From Pseudovirgaria hyperparasitica (Eukaryota), in NCBI GenBank assembly GCA_010093815.1, contig ML996584.1: DNA of 55,621 nt; one strand, given 5' to 3'. Below the pieces are notes generated by a model. It had not been told where the DNA came from. It ran no database searches and saw nothing but the letters and a program-made list of their open reading frames with translations. The translations under genes and the position numbers were made by a program. This document shows, piece by piece, positions 37,832 through 49,811 of the stretch. Every line of letters starts with the position of its first letter. Positions within the stretch are counted from its first letter, which is position 1.

Positions 37832-38203
37832 CTAGGGTGGCCTGCGGCCGGCAGACTGCGTGCAGTCTTAATTTAAGGCACCAAGGCACCAAGGCACCAA
37901 GGCACTAAGGCACGCCGGAAAATCCACGGCTAAGACGTGCGAATTTTCAACTCTCGAACCTACCACCAAACGCGACACCAGAGGCTTATAAACCCTACTC
38001 GTCCGCGACGACGCGGCTGTAGATAGTAAAAAGTATATAGAATTACACGGAACTTCATTATCCACAGAATTATCGGTCAAATTATTAATTAAGGGCGTGG
38101 TTAATTTAATATGTGGTAACAGGTGAGTTTTTGGACGTGATTCTGGTGAGGGCGCTAGCGGGCGCTAGACAAAACATTGCATCTTTTTATGATTCCTTTG
38201 GAA
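37832..38203 (-). mobile_element. Non-autonomous Helitron-like element, 372 bp, not RIP-mutated
   Basis: Minus-strand 3' end AGACTGC-AC-GCAGTCT hairpin..GGCCGCAGGCC-ACC-CTAG; 5' end TTCCAAAGGAATC; A|T target, no TSD. Internal (CCAAGGCA)n tandem repeat. Homologous at both ends to 52100..52447. Confidence 0.8.
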
Positions 38204-38508
38204 TAAATAAAAAACCGGATAAGCTGTGATAAGGTATACCTTGCTACACATCACGAATACATTCAGTAAGCCGAAGTAGTTACAACCTTACGGTAGCTGT
38301 GCTGGTCAACACTGACTGCATGACTCTTGGCTGCACAAAGCTAATTCAACCAGGATTTACCCGTCGACAGACGTCATTGTCCTCTTGGGAGCTGATACTG
38401 GCGAAGCTATGTACAACAACAATAGTTTAAATCACACCAACTGAAGGAAGAATTTCCCAAGACTCCAGATACGCTCCATATTGGCGCCAGCATAAGGCTT
38501 AGATATTC

Positions 38509-41280
38509 TCATACATCAATAGGTATACCTTCGTATTCGCCATAGCCAAGAGCGAGGTTCATGTTTTCTGCGGCGAACTGTTAGCATAAGACACTTTAGT
38601 TGGACGTGGCAATCTTACGTAGACATTGAGTGGCTGCCCCTTTGAGCAAGTTGTCAATCGTCGCATTGACGACCACTCTTTTGCCGCTGCTATGAACAGC
38701 AAATCCACCAATTTCGACACCGTGCTTTCCAGCAATGTTCTTGACGACCGGAGATTCGCCGATAACCTTGATCAACCGCTCTCCAGCAAACCTGTCTTGG
38801 TACAACTGGCGGATATCACGAGACTTCATTTCTTGTTTTAATGGAATATTGATAGTATGATGGATACCCTGAAACCATACTGCTACATGGGGAATGAAGG
38901 CAACTGAACGGCCGAGTTGGATCGAGATCTCCTTCTCATGGATATGATCAGTCAGACTATAAGGAATGAGGTTGTTAGTTAAGTTCTCTACGTCGTTCTT
39001 GGGACTTGGCTTGGTGCCGGCACCGGAATAGCCAGAGACACCAAAAACAGTGGCCTCGCCGCCAATGAAGTCTAGTAGTGGCGCAATACCCAGCTGTGCA
39101 GCGGTGGCGTAGCATCCTGGGTTAGAAATCCGAGTTGCTTCGGAAATCTTGCGACGGTCAACAAGTTCTGGTAAACCGTACGTCCAAGAGGGGTCGAAAC
39201 GATAGTCGGCGCTCAAATCAACAATGAGTGTTTCGGAACCAGCAGTCTCATTTATAGCATCGACGAACGGCTTGCAGACACCATTGGGCAAAGCCATGAC
39301 CCAGCAATCTATTTCCTTGTTTTCTGCCATCTTGCGTACGTCGTCCGGTGAAAGATTTTCGTACGTAATGTCGCGTTTAGTGTATCCAGTAAGCCTTTTA
39401 CCAGCCAACTCCCGGGATGACACATGACGGAGGTCCATATTGGGATGCGAGTTGAGCATATCAATGAGTGCTTGCCCAGTATATCCTCGAGCTCCAATCA
39501 GAGCGACTTTGGAAGGCCAGTCCTTACTCTTGAACTTTTTGCCAAAAGGGGGATTTGGGTTTGTTGTAGTAGAGTTGTTACGCACTTGCGTTGCCAGCAT
39601 GTGTTGCCCAAAAGCTGTACACCGCCTTGTTGGGTTCAGGGTGAACCTTGTGCTGGACGAGAATTGGCGGATTTGTTGCGTACTCCCCCCTGCACGAAGA
39701 CTGGCAGCGTAGTCAGCGGCTCGGTGAAGCTGAGATTCTAGGTTGACATCTCCGAACATACGACGGCCATGTTGGGAGAACTCTTGCATCAATGCTACAG
39801 CTTCATTTGGGTCGTTCGGTCCCCAAAAGCACAAAAGCTCACCGGTGTGTCTAAAGGTACCGTCCGCCTTGTCGGCGAACCAGCCGAGATTTTCGTCATG
39901 CTCATCAACAGTCCACACCAGTTTTGGGTATTCAGTGCGTAGGTTCGAGAAGACGTTGTCTGAGATGTTTGCTAGCCACGCAGACTTTGTGACAGTAAAT
40001 GTAGATAAATGAGCCATTGACGTATTGTCTGTGGGCGGGAAGACGATCGCGAGAGCCTCCATTCTGTCGTCAAAGAAAGCTTTGAATGGACGAGTCTTGA
40101 GGCTCTCGACATAACGGTCAACAACTGCTTCAGCATCCAGACCCTCTCTGTCTCGGAGCAGAGCAGTCTTTAATGTCTTGATATCATTGAAATCCTCGAA
40201 AGAAGTCGCGGTCGACAGCTTGTTCCCCTTACGAATTAGGGTTCCGGCACCAGTATGTGTGAAAAGCTCCCGTTCAAGATAGGATGGATGGATGATTGCG
40301 ACACTCGAAGTCTTCGGCAGGTCGTCAAGTAACTGCTTCATCTCCTTAATTTTTAGCCGTGTGCCATGTCTAACCCACGGCTGGGTCATTAGACCCTCGT
40401 ATTCTTCGTCAAGATTGATCGCCGAGATAAGCTTCCCAGTGTTGCCGTCGAACAGACCTCCTTTTTCCGAGAGATATACAATCTTCAGAGGCTCGAGAGC
40501 TCTCGCTAGCTCTCCAGCCACGACATCTGCATTGACATTGAGTATCTGGCCCTCGTGAGTTTCAGCCATTGACATCAGGATAGGTAGCTCTCTTGAAGCG
40601 ATGGCGGCCTCAATTGGTCGGGTATCCACGCTGCTCACTTTACCGACGTATTGCCATTTCTCCTTATCCAGATAGTCCGCGTATAGACAGCCTGACGTGA
40701 TCGGGCGTGCAAGCACACCATACTCCTGACGAAGTCTAAGAACCAAGTCCATATTGGCTTCAAGAAATAGTTTCCTTGCAATCCCAAGCGTTTTGGGGTC
40801 GGTAACACGGATTCCCTCTTCAAACTGAGGCTCAACACCAGCATCCTGGAGTATCTTGTTCAATTGGGGCCCTCCGCCATGTACAACTATAGGGTATAGT
40901 CCCATGACATAAAGACTTCTCAGCGCGCTGCATAGAACATCGACATGATCTGTGAGAATAGCACCTCCCACTTTGATCACAGCGAACTGTTGCGAGGATA
41001 CAGATCTGAACTGCGACAAGTATTGTTCAATCTCTCTCTTCGAACTAACACTCTCGAGGATGTTTAGGATGGCTAGGCGAGCTGAAGTTTGCCCGAGATC
41101 GGCATTCTGCTTAATTGAGGAGCTGAGAAATCGCTTCTGGACGATCTGGTGTTGCGGTAGCGAGATAGCCGTCGAGCTTTTGACGGTTGTGTATTCAGCT
41201 CGTGGGAGGGATTGGGCAGTAGCTCTGAACGCATTGCGAGCTGCCGCTGGGACAGTCTTGGACCGGAGAGTGGACAGCAT
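38509..41280 (-). CDS. ARG5,6: Mitochondrial acetylglutamate kinase / N-acetyl-gamma-glutamyl-phosphate reductase polyprotein (arg-6)
   Basis: Presequence; FAVIKVGGA..VVHGGGPQLN kinase; KVALIGARGYTGQ..ISNPGCYATA..GVSGYSGAG reductase; short last exon QNMNLALGYGEYEGIPIDV* (TGA at 38509-38511). Confidence 0.97.
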
Positions 41281-42474
41281 TGTAACGAGACTCTAAGTTG
41301 TCAATTGCAAGTTGAAGTTGACCCTGAGGAGCTGCATACCAGTATTTGGCTCAGAGTGCTTGGAACAACCAAATACGCCAATGTACAGACGGACTCACAG
41401 ATATTATCTGATGATTGTACGCAGAAGCTCTCCTGACCTCCACCTCAAAGCAAAGACTTTGGGTGACGGGTGAGCGGAGAGTGCGCGTTGAGACTCGAGA
41501 TTTGAATCAATAAGCTACAAAGATGGGCCCCGGTGGTGAGATATAAGTGCTGTGACTGGTATACCTGGCGTGAGAGCAATGGCTGTGTAGGTTTTTTTCT
41601 CGGTCGTCGGCAGGCCCACGGCCCGCCGTTATCGCAACTTCCTGGCGCCTCTCCACAAAGTCTTACCACCCCGCCGCTTGCTCTGATTGGGAAACACGCG
41701 GCATTATTTGCTTGCCCAAATCGTGAGCTCATAGCGCGTTTACTGCGAGAGATATCCTGTATATAGCGATAGCAGTTTTGATATTTTCGCATAACGCTCA
41801 TCAGTCGTAGAGCTTAAGCATAGGCTTGTACACTTAGCCCTGCACATATTGGGGTGCATGCGTCACGCAAACCATCAACACTGACCGAGCCTTATTAGCG
41901 GCGATTGAAAGGCGCAATGGAACGTAACAATCTCTGTCTGACGATGATCGCATAGCACTGCTTCAGGAACGTTGTCGCGGTGGTCCCATCAGTTGAACGC
42001 TTCAGATCAAAATGGCGTGTACTGTATCTCATTCTTCCTGTCAGCCACAATTATCTGCCATGTATATAATTTCGACATCTTCTGCAATATCACAATGGAC
42101 ACTATGATACAATCATATGTGTAAGTGTCTGAGGAAGGGGTTGGGGGTGTGGATACGGGTCCCTATTAGTGTTGCTATTGGCACATGTCATAGAATTGAT
42201 TGCATTCCCATTAAAATCATGAAATGGATACCGAGGATTGGGTACACATATTTTGGCTCGTAGTTTTACCACTACTACGGTCCCAGTCGAATGTGTGTGG
42301 CTGATAGAGAAACCCCCATATGCTCCTTTCGCCTAGGCCATAACGAGATATCCAAAGACCCCTTGGTGTGAGCTCTCGGGGTCTTTCAGGTCGTTGCCCT
42401 TCGCAAGCCGGTGAATAGGGGTAGGTAAGATACAGGTAGAGTACGACAACGATGAAAGTGACAGATAAGCCTCA

Positions 42475-43189
42475 TTAATTCTTGCGAGTAGCCACAACTG
42501 AGGTGCGTTAGAATGTGAGTCACGCTCTGCAGTGAATGGCAATGCTTACCGGATGGAACGATGATGATGACAAGGAGAATGATGATACCGGCAATCAAGC
42601 ACATTCTCATTTTCATGTCCTTCCACCACATCTGCTTTCGCACTCTGTTCGCGCCTCGGCGGAACCCTTGAGCTGAAACAGCGAGGTTGTCTGTCTTGTC
42701 TTGAAGGGTATCGAGGCGTGCCCCACGCTCTGAAACCTTGTTTATGTTATCGCGCATAATACCAACGGTGCTGTCGATTTCCTGGTGCAAAATTAGCTAT
42801 TGCTCCTCGTATCATTCATTCATGGCATGGCTGCAAGGCGATCCCAGTCCAATATTGCTGATACATCTTGAGCGGGGTATATGTAAACAGAAACAAGATA
42901 TAGTATGGTACAGTCCGTATGAATAGAGCTACAGCCCTTGGTTGATGTTGTACGCTGTTCAGATTGTGTTGTAACGTAAGATTGTCGAAAGGTATGTAGC
43001 ACGCTTGATCCATCAAGGTGAGATGGTCCAAATGATACACCATATGTGAAGGAAGGTATTGAATCATCTAGAGATACTTACGGCCTGGAGCGCTGCAGTA
43101 CGAGTGTTGCCGCCCTGCTGGCTTGCGCCGGTATTGTTGTTGCCTCCCGACGGGATGTAGGGGTCGTAAGGTTGCTCGCGGTCGGACAT
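42475..43189 (-). CDS. SNC1: Synaptobrevin/VAMP v-SNARE (Snc1/SynA), 3 exons
   Basis: [79 protein letters not shown] + TM + VVATRKN*. Confidence 0.96.
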
Positions 43190-44416
43190 CGTGCTGGGAT
43201 TATGTATTTCTGTAAAGTTTTTCGGGTTCGTGTACTATTCAGAGTGACTAGATATGATGCGCGGTGGAGTTGTTGCGGTTGTGATGATGGGATATGAAAG
43301 AAAGGCGCTGACGTTGGAGGTTGGGAAGATGTCGCTGTGCCTTGAATGGGTCTTGGTCTTATTTTAGGGTTGCTGCGACGCCTGCGCCCGGGCACGGTCA
43401 TTACACAAGCTAGTCGAGACAGGTACCTTTCCATGTAAATTACTCACAACCAGTGCTGCTGAAATTTGGCCCTCCAACTGTACTCGTTGAACAGGGGCAC
43501 TATCGTGAAAAGTAGTACTTGCAGAAACGTAGAATGTTACTGTCAGCTCCTGCTTGGTCAAGCATACTGACACAGACATCACGTGTATGTGGTAGCATTA
43601 GCTGCGCGAGCACTCCAATTTATGACAAAGCAACCTAGGCTCAGGGCCTCAGGCACAACAGCCTTTCTAAGCCAGGCTGGAGAGGTCGTCACTGTCTTCC
43701 GGCGTTGCTGAAGTGGCAAGGATATTAACACAGCCACAATGAATGCAGCAGTTCAGTGTTCCGCCCAGGACAGATAATTAATTAGCTTGGCCGCAGGTGT
43801 AAAGGAAGTACAGTAGAGTGAATTGCTTGCCTTAGTCCAGCAAGTCGTAGTAGTATTTGATTAATTACCTTTGGTATTATATTCTCTTTTAGGCTTACTA
43901 GCCCTCTATATTGGGTGGCGCTGCTTTGATCAGCTGCCAGATTAGGCGGGAACTGGAGAAAGGAGAACCTCCAGATTCCCATCTAAGCAAGATCCATCCC
44001 TCTACCTCTGTTCTCTTCTTTACAGATCCAACGACAAATCACGCTCCTTTATTACAACTACAACCAGCACATATCGCGAAATCTATACGGTCCTTGCTTA
44101 GGCTTGGCCGACTCACCCACTCTTCGGCCAACTTTCGTTCACCGGCCAACGACCGCGCGTCACCACCCACTTTGCCTTTGCGAACTCTTCACGGCTTCCA
44201 TTCCTTACGCCAAGAAACAAACACTACGTCGACGCAAAATAGTTTCGCGTCTCGACGGACATCTTTCTGACGAATCATCGCGTTTGCGGGCGTGTGTTAG
44301 AGATATTCCCGAGTCGGCTGGTCCGCAGCGTTTCGACGAGACACCATACTGCGCATCTCGTTTCGCAACATAAGAAAGGCGAATTTTCACAACAATAATT
44401 GAACCCAGCTGGTAAC

Positions 44417-45872
44417 ATGAAGCTCTTCAGTCCAGAAGTGCTCGGTGCGGTTCTGTTTATTGCATCAACTGCCGACGCCATTTCGTTGACGATTGACAGC
44501 GCTGGTAAGAACCCCAGGATGCAGTGCTCTAGCAAAGATTCTTAAATTGATATGCTCGATACGCAGATTCGGTCAAGAGCGCCGCAGGCGCTGTCGCCAA
44601 GGGCCTTACCAGCTACTACACCGGATACCGACCTGGCGATGTACCCGGCAATCTCCCAGATCCCTATTACTGGTGGGAGGCTGGCGCCATGTTCAACGCC
44701 CTGATCGATTACTGGCATTACACCGGAGACGATCAATACAACGAAATCATATTTCAGGCTCTGTTGCATCAAACGGGAGAAGATGACGACTACATGCCTG
44801 TAAATCAAAGCCAGTCACTTGGTAATGATGATCAAGGGTTTTGGGGTATGGCTGCTATGAGTGCAGCCGAGCGTGGATTCAAAGACCCTCCAGCGGACCA
44901 GCCCCAATGGCTCGCCCTAGCTCAGGCCGTCTTCAACACTCAAGCGTCGCGTTGGGACACAACCACATGCGGTGGTGGTCTGAGGTGGCAAATTTTCACC
45001 TTCAACAACGGATACAACTATAAGAACACAATCTCGAATGGGTGCTTTTTCAACGTTGCTGCCCGTCTCGCCAGGTACACCGGTAACAACACGTATTCAG
45101 ACTGGGCCGAGAAAACATGGGACTGGGTTCGTAGTATCAGCCTCTCTGACGACACTGTTCATTTCTTCGACGGGTCCGACGATTTGAAGAATTGTTCGGA
45201 AGTCAATCACATTCAGTGGACATACAACGCCGGGATCTTCATGCTTGGAGCTGCACACATGTACAATTACGTAAGTCGTTGATATACTGTGTACAAGCGC
45301 TGCACTAACTTCAGTAGACGGAGTCTGAAACGTGGAAGAGCCGTCTGGACGGAATTATCAAGGGTGTTAGCGTATTCCTTTCGCCAGACGCCAACAACGT
45401 CATTTATGAAGTTGCTTGTGAACCCCACAATACCTGCGACGAAGACCAGCGTTCTTTTAAAGCGTACCTCGCCCGCTGGATTGGGTCTACCATGCAAGTA
45501 GCTCCCTATACCCAGGAAACACTTATGCCCATCCTGCAGGCTTCAGCTGCGGCTGCCGCTAAAGTTTGTGCTGATGATGGAACATGTGGCCAGGTGTGGT
45601 ACACAGGTACTGACGATGGACTCCGCGGAGTTGGTGAGCAGATGTCTGCACTGGAGGTGATGCAGAATTTGTTAGCACCAAGCTCTAGTCCACCTTTGAC
45701 CAATACGACCGGTGGTACCAGTATCGGCAACCCTAATGCTGGCGCTGACAGCAAAGACTCGCCTATTGTATTCTCGCAGGTCACGGCTGGTGATAAGGCT
45801 GGTGCTGGATTCTTAACAACGCTCGTTCTCGTCGGAATACTTGCCGGGGCCTACTGGATGATCGCGTACTAA
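44417..45872 (+). CDS. DCW1: GH76 alpha-1,6-mannanase/transglycosylase of Dcw1/Dfg5 type, GPI-anchored (3 exons)
   Basis: Signal peptide; [11 protein letters not shown], catalytic [40 protein letters not shown]-terminal [25 protein letters not shown]. Dcw1 versus Dfg5 paralog not resolved. Confidence 0.9.
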
Positions 45873-46524
45873 AACTGCGCTGGCGCGAATCTCTTTCTTT
45901 TATGCCATGAATCGGAACGAAGTTATCTTCTTGTCGCCGATAGTCAGTGGCGTCATGTTAATGCACCTATTTAGGGGCTTGCCAAACTTCAGTAGGGAAC
46001 ACAGGTATGGGCTGATCAGGCGAACCGGTTTGTATGTATGGCTTTGGATTACAATGACACGTGTACATGCTTGACAATCGTGAACTATGTGCAAACGGAA
46101 CATATTTTGTCACGCTTGATCGAAGCTTTCCTACTACGATTCAAGCCCTTGAACGTTCCAAGAAGAACAGGTGCTCTGAATTGACTTAGCACGCTTCTTC
46201 GCTACGGCTGGCAAAGTCTCATGCAGTACTGACACACCGAATTGGATACGAAACCTTGATCAGCACATTCAAGGGCTTCCTGGTTCCAACTGAGCTAGCA
46301 TCAGTGCCATCATGTACCTATTCAGTTCGAGACGCAACAGTTCGAAACGCAAGGTCTTCCAATATAGGGGGATTGGGCAGTCGTGCTTAGTCCTTACGTG
46401 GATCGTCGCTGCCTTTTCGATGGCCCACTGTACGTGGTCGGTTCAATCTCCTCTTTCACCTTCACACTCTATCAATATCCTTGTGTCGATTCTAGCTTTA
46501 CCAGACGTTTCCAGTTACCTCTAG

Positions 46525-46558
46525 CTACACTCAGGTGGAAGCTACACTCAGGTGGAAA
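46525..46558. repeat. 17-bp perfect tandem duplication (GCTACACTCAGGTGGAA x2)
   Basis: Read directly, just upstream of the 46576 ORF. Confidence 0.85.
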
Positions 46559-46575
46559 TATGATCCATATTATTA

Positions 46576-47606
46576 ATGGATTCCTCTCCTACATATTCAA
46601 TTCCGTTAAAAACCTATCCATCACAGTACTTTACAACCCTAGGACTCGAACGTAATGTCGAACGGCAGCAACGTGATCTCGGCAGAACGCTTCGACGTAT
46701 ACATACCATTGATTCAAGTCTTGCTCAAGAGTATCAAAACCACGTCTCCCCGGATCAGCCCGAGATATCTCTCGCATCGTACAATGGTGTCGATGACCTC
46801 AAGACGTTGATGGAGCAAGTAAACTGTCTAGCTGAGCAAATGCCGCCTCGTATAGGCATTGGGAAGAATATTAAACTAAATTGGAAACGCCTTAAACACT
46901 GGAGGCTAGCTCGACATGCTAAGAAACAAGATGAGACGCTCAGGGTGATGAGGGCGAAGCTATGTAGGCTGAAGGCTAACGACGAGTCACTTTCAGGTAG
47001 CATCTCGCTTTTGAACGTCGCCTGCTAATGGCTGGTCCCTCTCACAAACACGCTAACGTCATCACAGACCCTCATGTCGACGGTATGGATGAACAAGAGC
47101 TGGTTCGCCTGATCAGAGACATCAGATCCCGAGCGGAGCAACCCATTGCACCAGTGGAAGCTAATAATGGCGTTAAATTTGATGCCCTGTTGGCTGCACA
47201 GCGTGCAGTATATAGACACCGAACACCGAACCATGCACGCCCACCAGAGTCTCATACGAACGCTGTAGCCCCTGCCACCCCGCGACGTACACAAGCCGTG
47301 GTTCACGCACCTCCATCGCACGCTCGGATAGCTGTGTTACACGCTCATCAAAACCATGCCGAGTTGCCAACCGATGCGCGGCCTGTTGTGGTCGATTTCA
47401 AGGCCGATTCCCAGACTGTGGCTCTCCTCTTTGCTACCATGCGGCTAGCAACGTTCCTGCTGTTGAGACTTCTGATGTGGTTCTGTGGAGGAGTTAGAGG
47501 AGCTGCAGAATGGTGTGAAATCAGTCTTACACCGCCAGTTCAGCAAGCAGGCTGTCCGCTGTTGCAGAAAAACCAAGATAGTAGTCTACATAATATAAGC
47601 TCATAG
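46576..47606 (+). CDS. Orphan 2-exon hypothetical protein with coiled-coil-like N-half and a C-terminal hydrophobic segment
   Basis: Intron 46997-47067 (GTAGCA..GCTAAC..CACAG) joins ORF 46576..47028 in frame to ORF 47028..47606 (..ESLS-D-PHVDG..). Confidence 0.6.
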
Positions 47607-47970
47607 AGATTATATATTCAATGCGGTAGTATACTATTAAAATACTATTGGGTAAGATGCCTTGGGGTCTTACATTACTATAGGTCATGTGGGTATAAAT
47701 ATCAACTAGCAACAGGTACGCTTGAATTTTAAGAAGCGATACGAGTAAACTAAAAACTCTTAGGTGGCACGTTAGTCGGAGAAACCCTTTTGGAACAACA
47801 GCTGAGTCCATCGGCTATGGATATGGCATATTCGAGTTCACTGCTGACATTAATCGAGGCTGCCATGTCCCCAAAGATAGTCCCCTGCTTGTAAAGTCCG
47901 ATGACTGGGATGTTGACGCTACTGTAATTACACGTCAAGCTATGATAGATAGAGAACAAATGGAAATGTA

Positions 47971-49146
47971 TCATACTTCTGCCACTAGCTGTAGATACGG
48001 ATGAAGCAGTGCTTCAGAGGCTGTGGGTCTTTTAATAGGATCCACAATTAGTATGAACTCAATGAAATCCAAGAGTTCCTTCAAGATCGGAGGGTCAGGA
48101 ATTGACTCCAACTCTTCTCGCCAATGGCGTCTAGTGATAAGCTTCATAGTACCGTGAGGGTGGTCCATTATCGCCAATTGTTTTGCGAACTCAAACTCAT
48201 CTTTGTAAGCCTGATTTTCAATAGGTTCACCCAGAGGTCCTACGAGGCGGATGATCTTCGCAATACACCATGCTTCAGTTTCACCTTCTATTATCTTGTC
48301 ACCTGCACCGAACAGGGGAAGTCCCGATAATTTAGTCGTCAGCTACTACATTAGCAACTTTTCAGATACGCAGGCACTATTGCTTACAGTAGCCCCAACT
48401 GACCAGACATCTGAAGAGTGCTGACATGGATGACCCCGCCAGATCTCCGGCGCTCGACACGGTAGACTTTGTAGACGCTGTTGTGCAACACCGGCCCTGA
48501 TTGCTGTTCGCGTCAAAGCCTGATCCATGCATAGGCCATGTTCTTACCGTTTCCTAAATCTCCCAATTTAACGATCGGGTCACTGCTGTCGACGCCAGTA
48601 ACATAAATGTTATTTGGATTGACGTCTGACTGAATCAGCACAGCTTCATGGACTTAACGACATAACGACCGGCCTGTATGAACGGCATTGACCGTCTTGA
48701 AAGCCTGCAGGGCCGACAGGACCGCCCTTGACACAAACTTTGGCAGGTTCAAATTGCTTCTAAGCGTAGGCGCAGGTATAGATCGTAAGTCTTGGTCCGT
48801 CCATTCAAATACTAAGCATGGTGGGTCCTCTCCGTGCTCATTCAATTGTATAGTGTCATACATCGCTCGAATATATGGACTGCTCGCAATTTCGGAAACC
48901 GTATAGTTACGGTGCTCTCGTCTTAGACACATTTTCTCCACGGCAGTGTTTGCGGTCTTAACGATAGCCCTTCAATGATAGTGAGCATGAACTTGGTAAT
49001 CGTGAAGTTCTATAGTCTTACCATTGTGCTTGTGTCGAAGGGCTAGATAATATCCTAGCCTTGAAGACAGTGGAGCCTTTCAGTGGATGTAATAGTTTAT
49101 ACACTCCTTTCGCCCCTTGGAGGGTTTGCCCTGTCCGCAGCGTCAT
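47971..49146 (-). CDS. Divergent Ser/Thr protein kinase (fungal SRPK/CMGC-like), 5 exons, at the RIP border
   Basis: MTLRTGQTLQGAKGVYKLL..W|AIVKTA..LVFEW..VHT|DVNPNNI..VKLGDLGN|..CRAPEIWRG..SDVWSVGAT|..DPIKRPTASEALLHPYL. Intron 2 requires a GC donor (GCCGGT). Confidence 0.75.
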
Positions 49147-49811
49147 GACTTAAGGAGTGATGGAGGAAGAATAGAACCAGGTCTTGAACTAGAGCGACTG
49201 AATCCCTGCATTTATACACTGGGTCATCTATATTCCGTGATATATCTATACTACTACTAACAGACCCACTTACTATACTATTAAAGTACTTTATTAGAAA
49301 GGGTACTATAATAGACCTAGATAGATTATTCTAGTCTACTTAAGTCTTAAGTAGATTAGATTAGCTAGGTTAAGTAGAGTTACTATATAAGTATAATATA
49401 AGGTTTTAAAAGGTATATATAATAATAATATTCTTAGAAGGTAGTTATTAGAATAGATACTAGAATAGACTTAACTAGACTACTATAGTCTAGTATAGTC
49501 TTATAATAGATAGACCTAGATTAAGTTAGCTAGACTAAGTAAGACTACTATATAAGTAGACTATATAAATCTAATTTCTACTTCTTAGAAATTAATCTTA
49601 TTATAAGAGTAGACTACCCTTCTAAATATATTCTTATATTCTTCTATAACTTATTAGACTACTATTCTATATCTATAATTCTTATATTTTAATTTCTCTT
49701 TATAATAGTAGCTTATAGAAATAGCTTTAACTTTAACTATAATATATATAAGAAGAAGACTCTTACTTCTTTATACTCTAAGAGACTAAAACTAGTTAAT
49801 TTAGAGTAATA

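Noticed and set aside
41281..41900. Arginine attenuator uORF or Gcn4/CpcA sites upstream of ARG5,6
   Set aside because: The attenuator peptide belongs to CPA1/arg-2 and no such peptide is visible; only imperfect TGASTCA-like sites were seen.
47024..47030. TAATG stop/start overlap between ORFs 46576..47028 and 47028..47606, suggesting operon-like or viral reinitiation
   Set aside because: The overlap lies within a well-formed intron (46997-47067, GT..GCTAAC..CAG) that joins both ORFs in frame.
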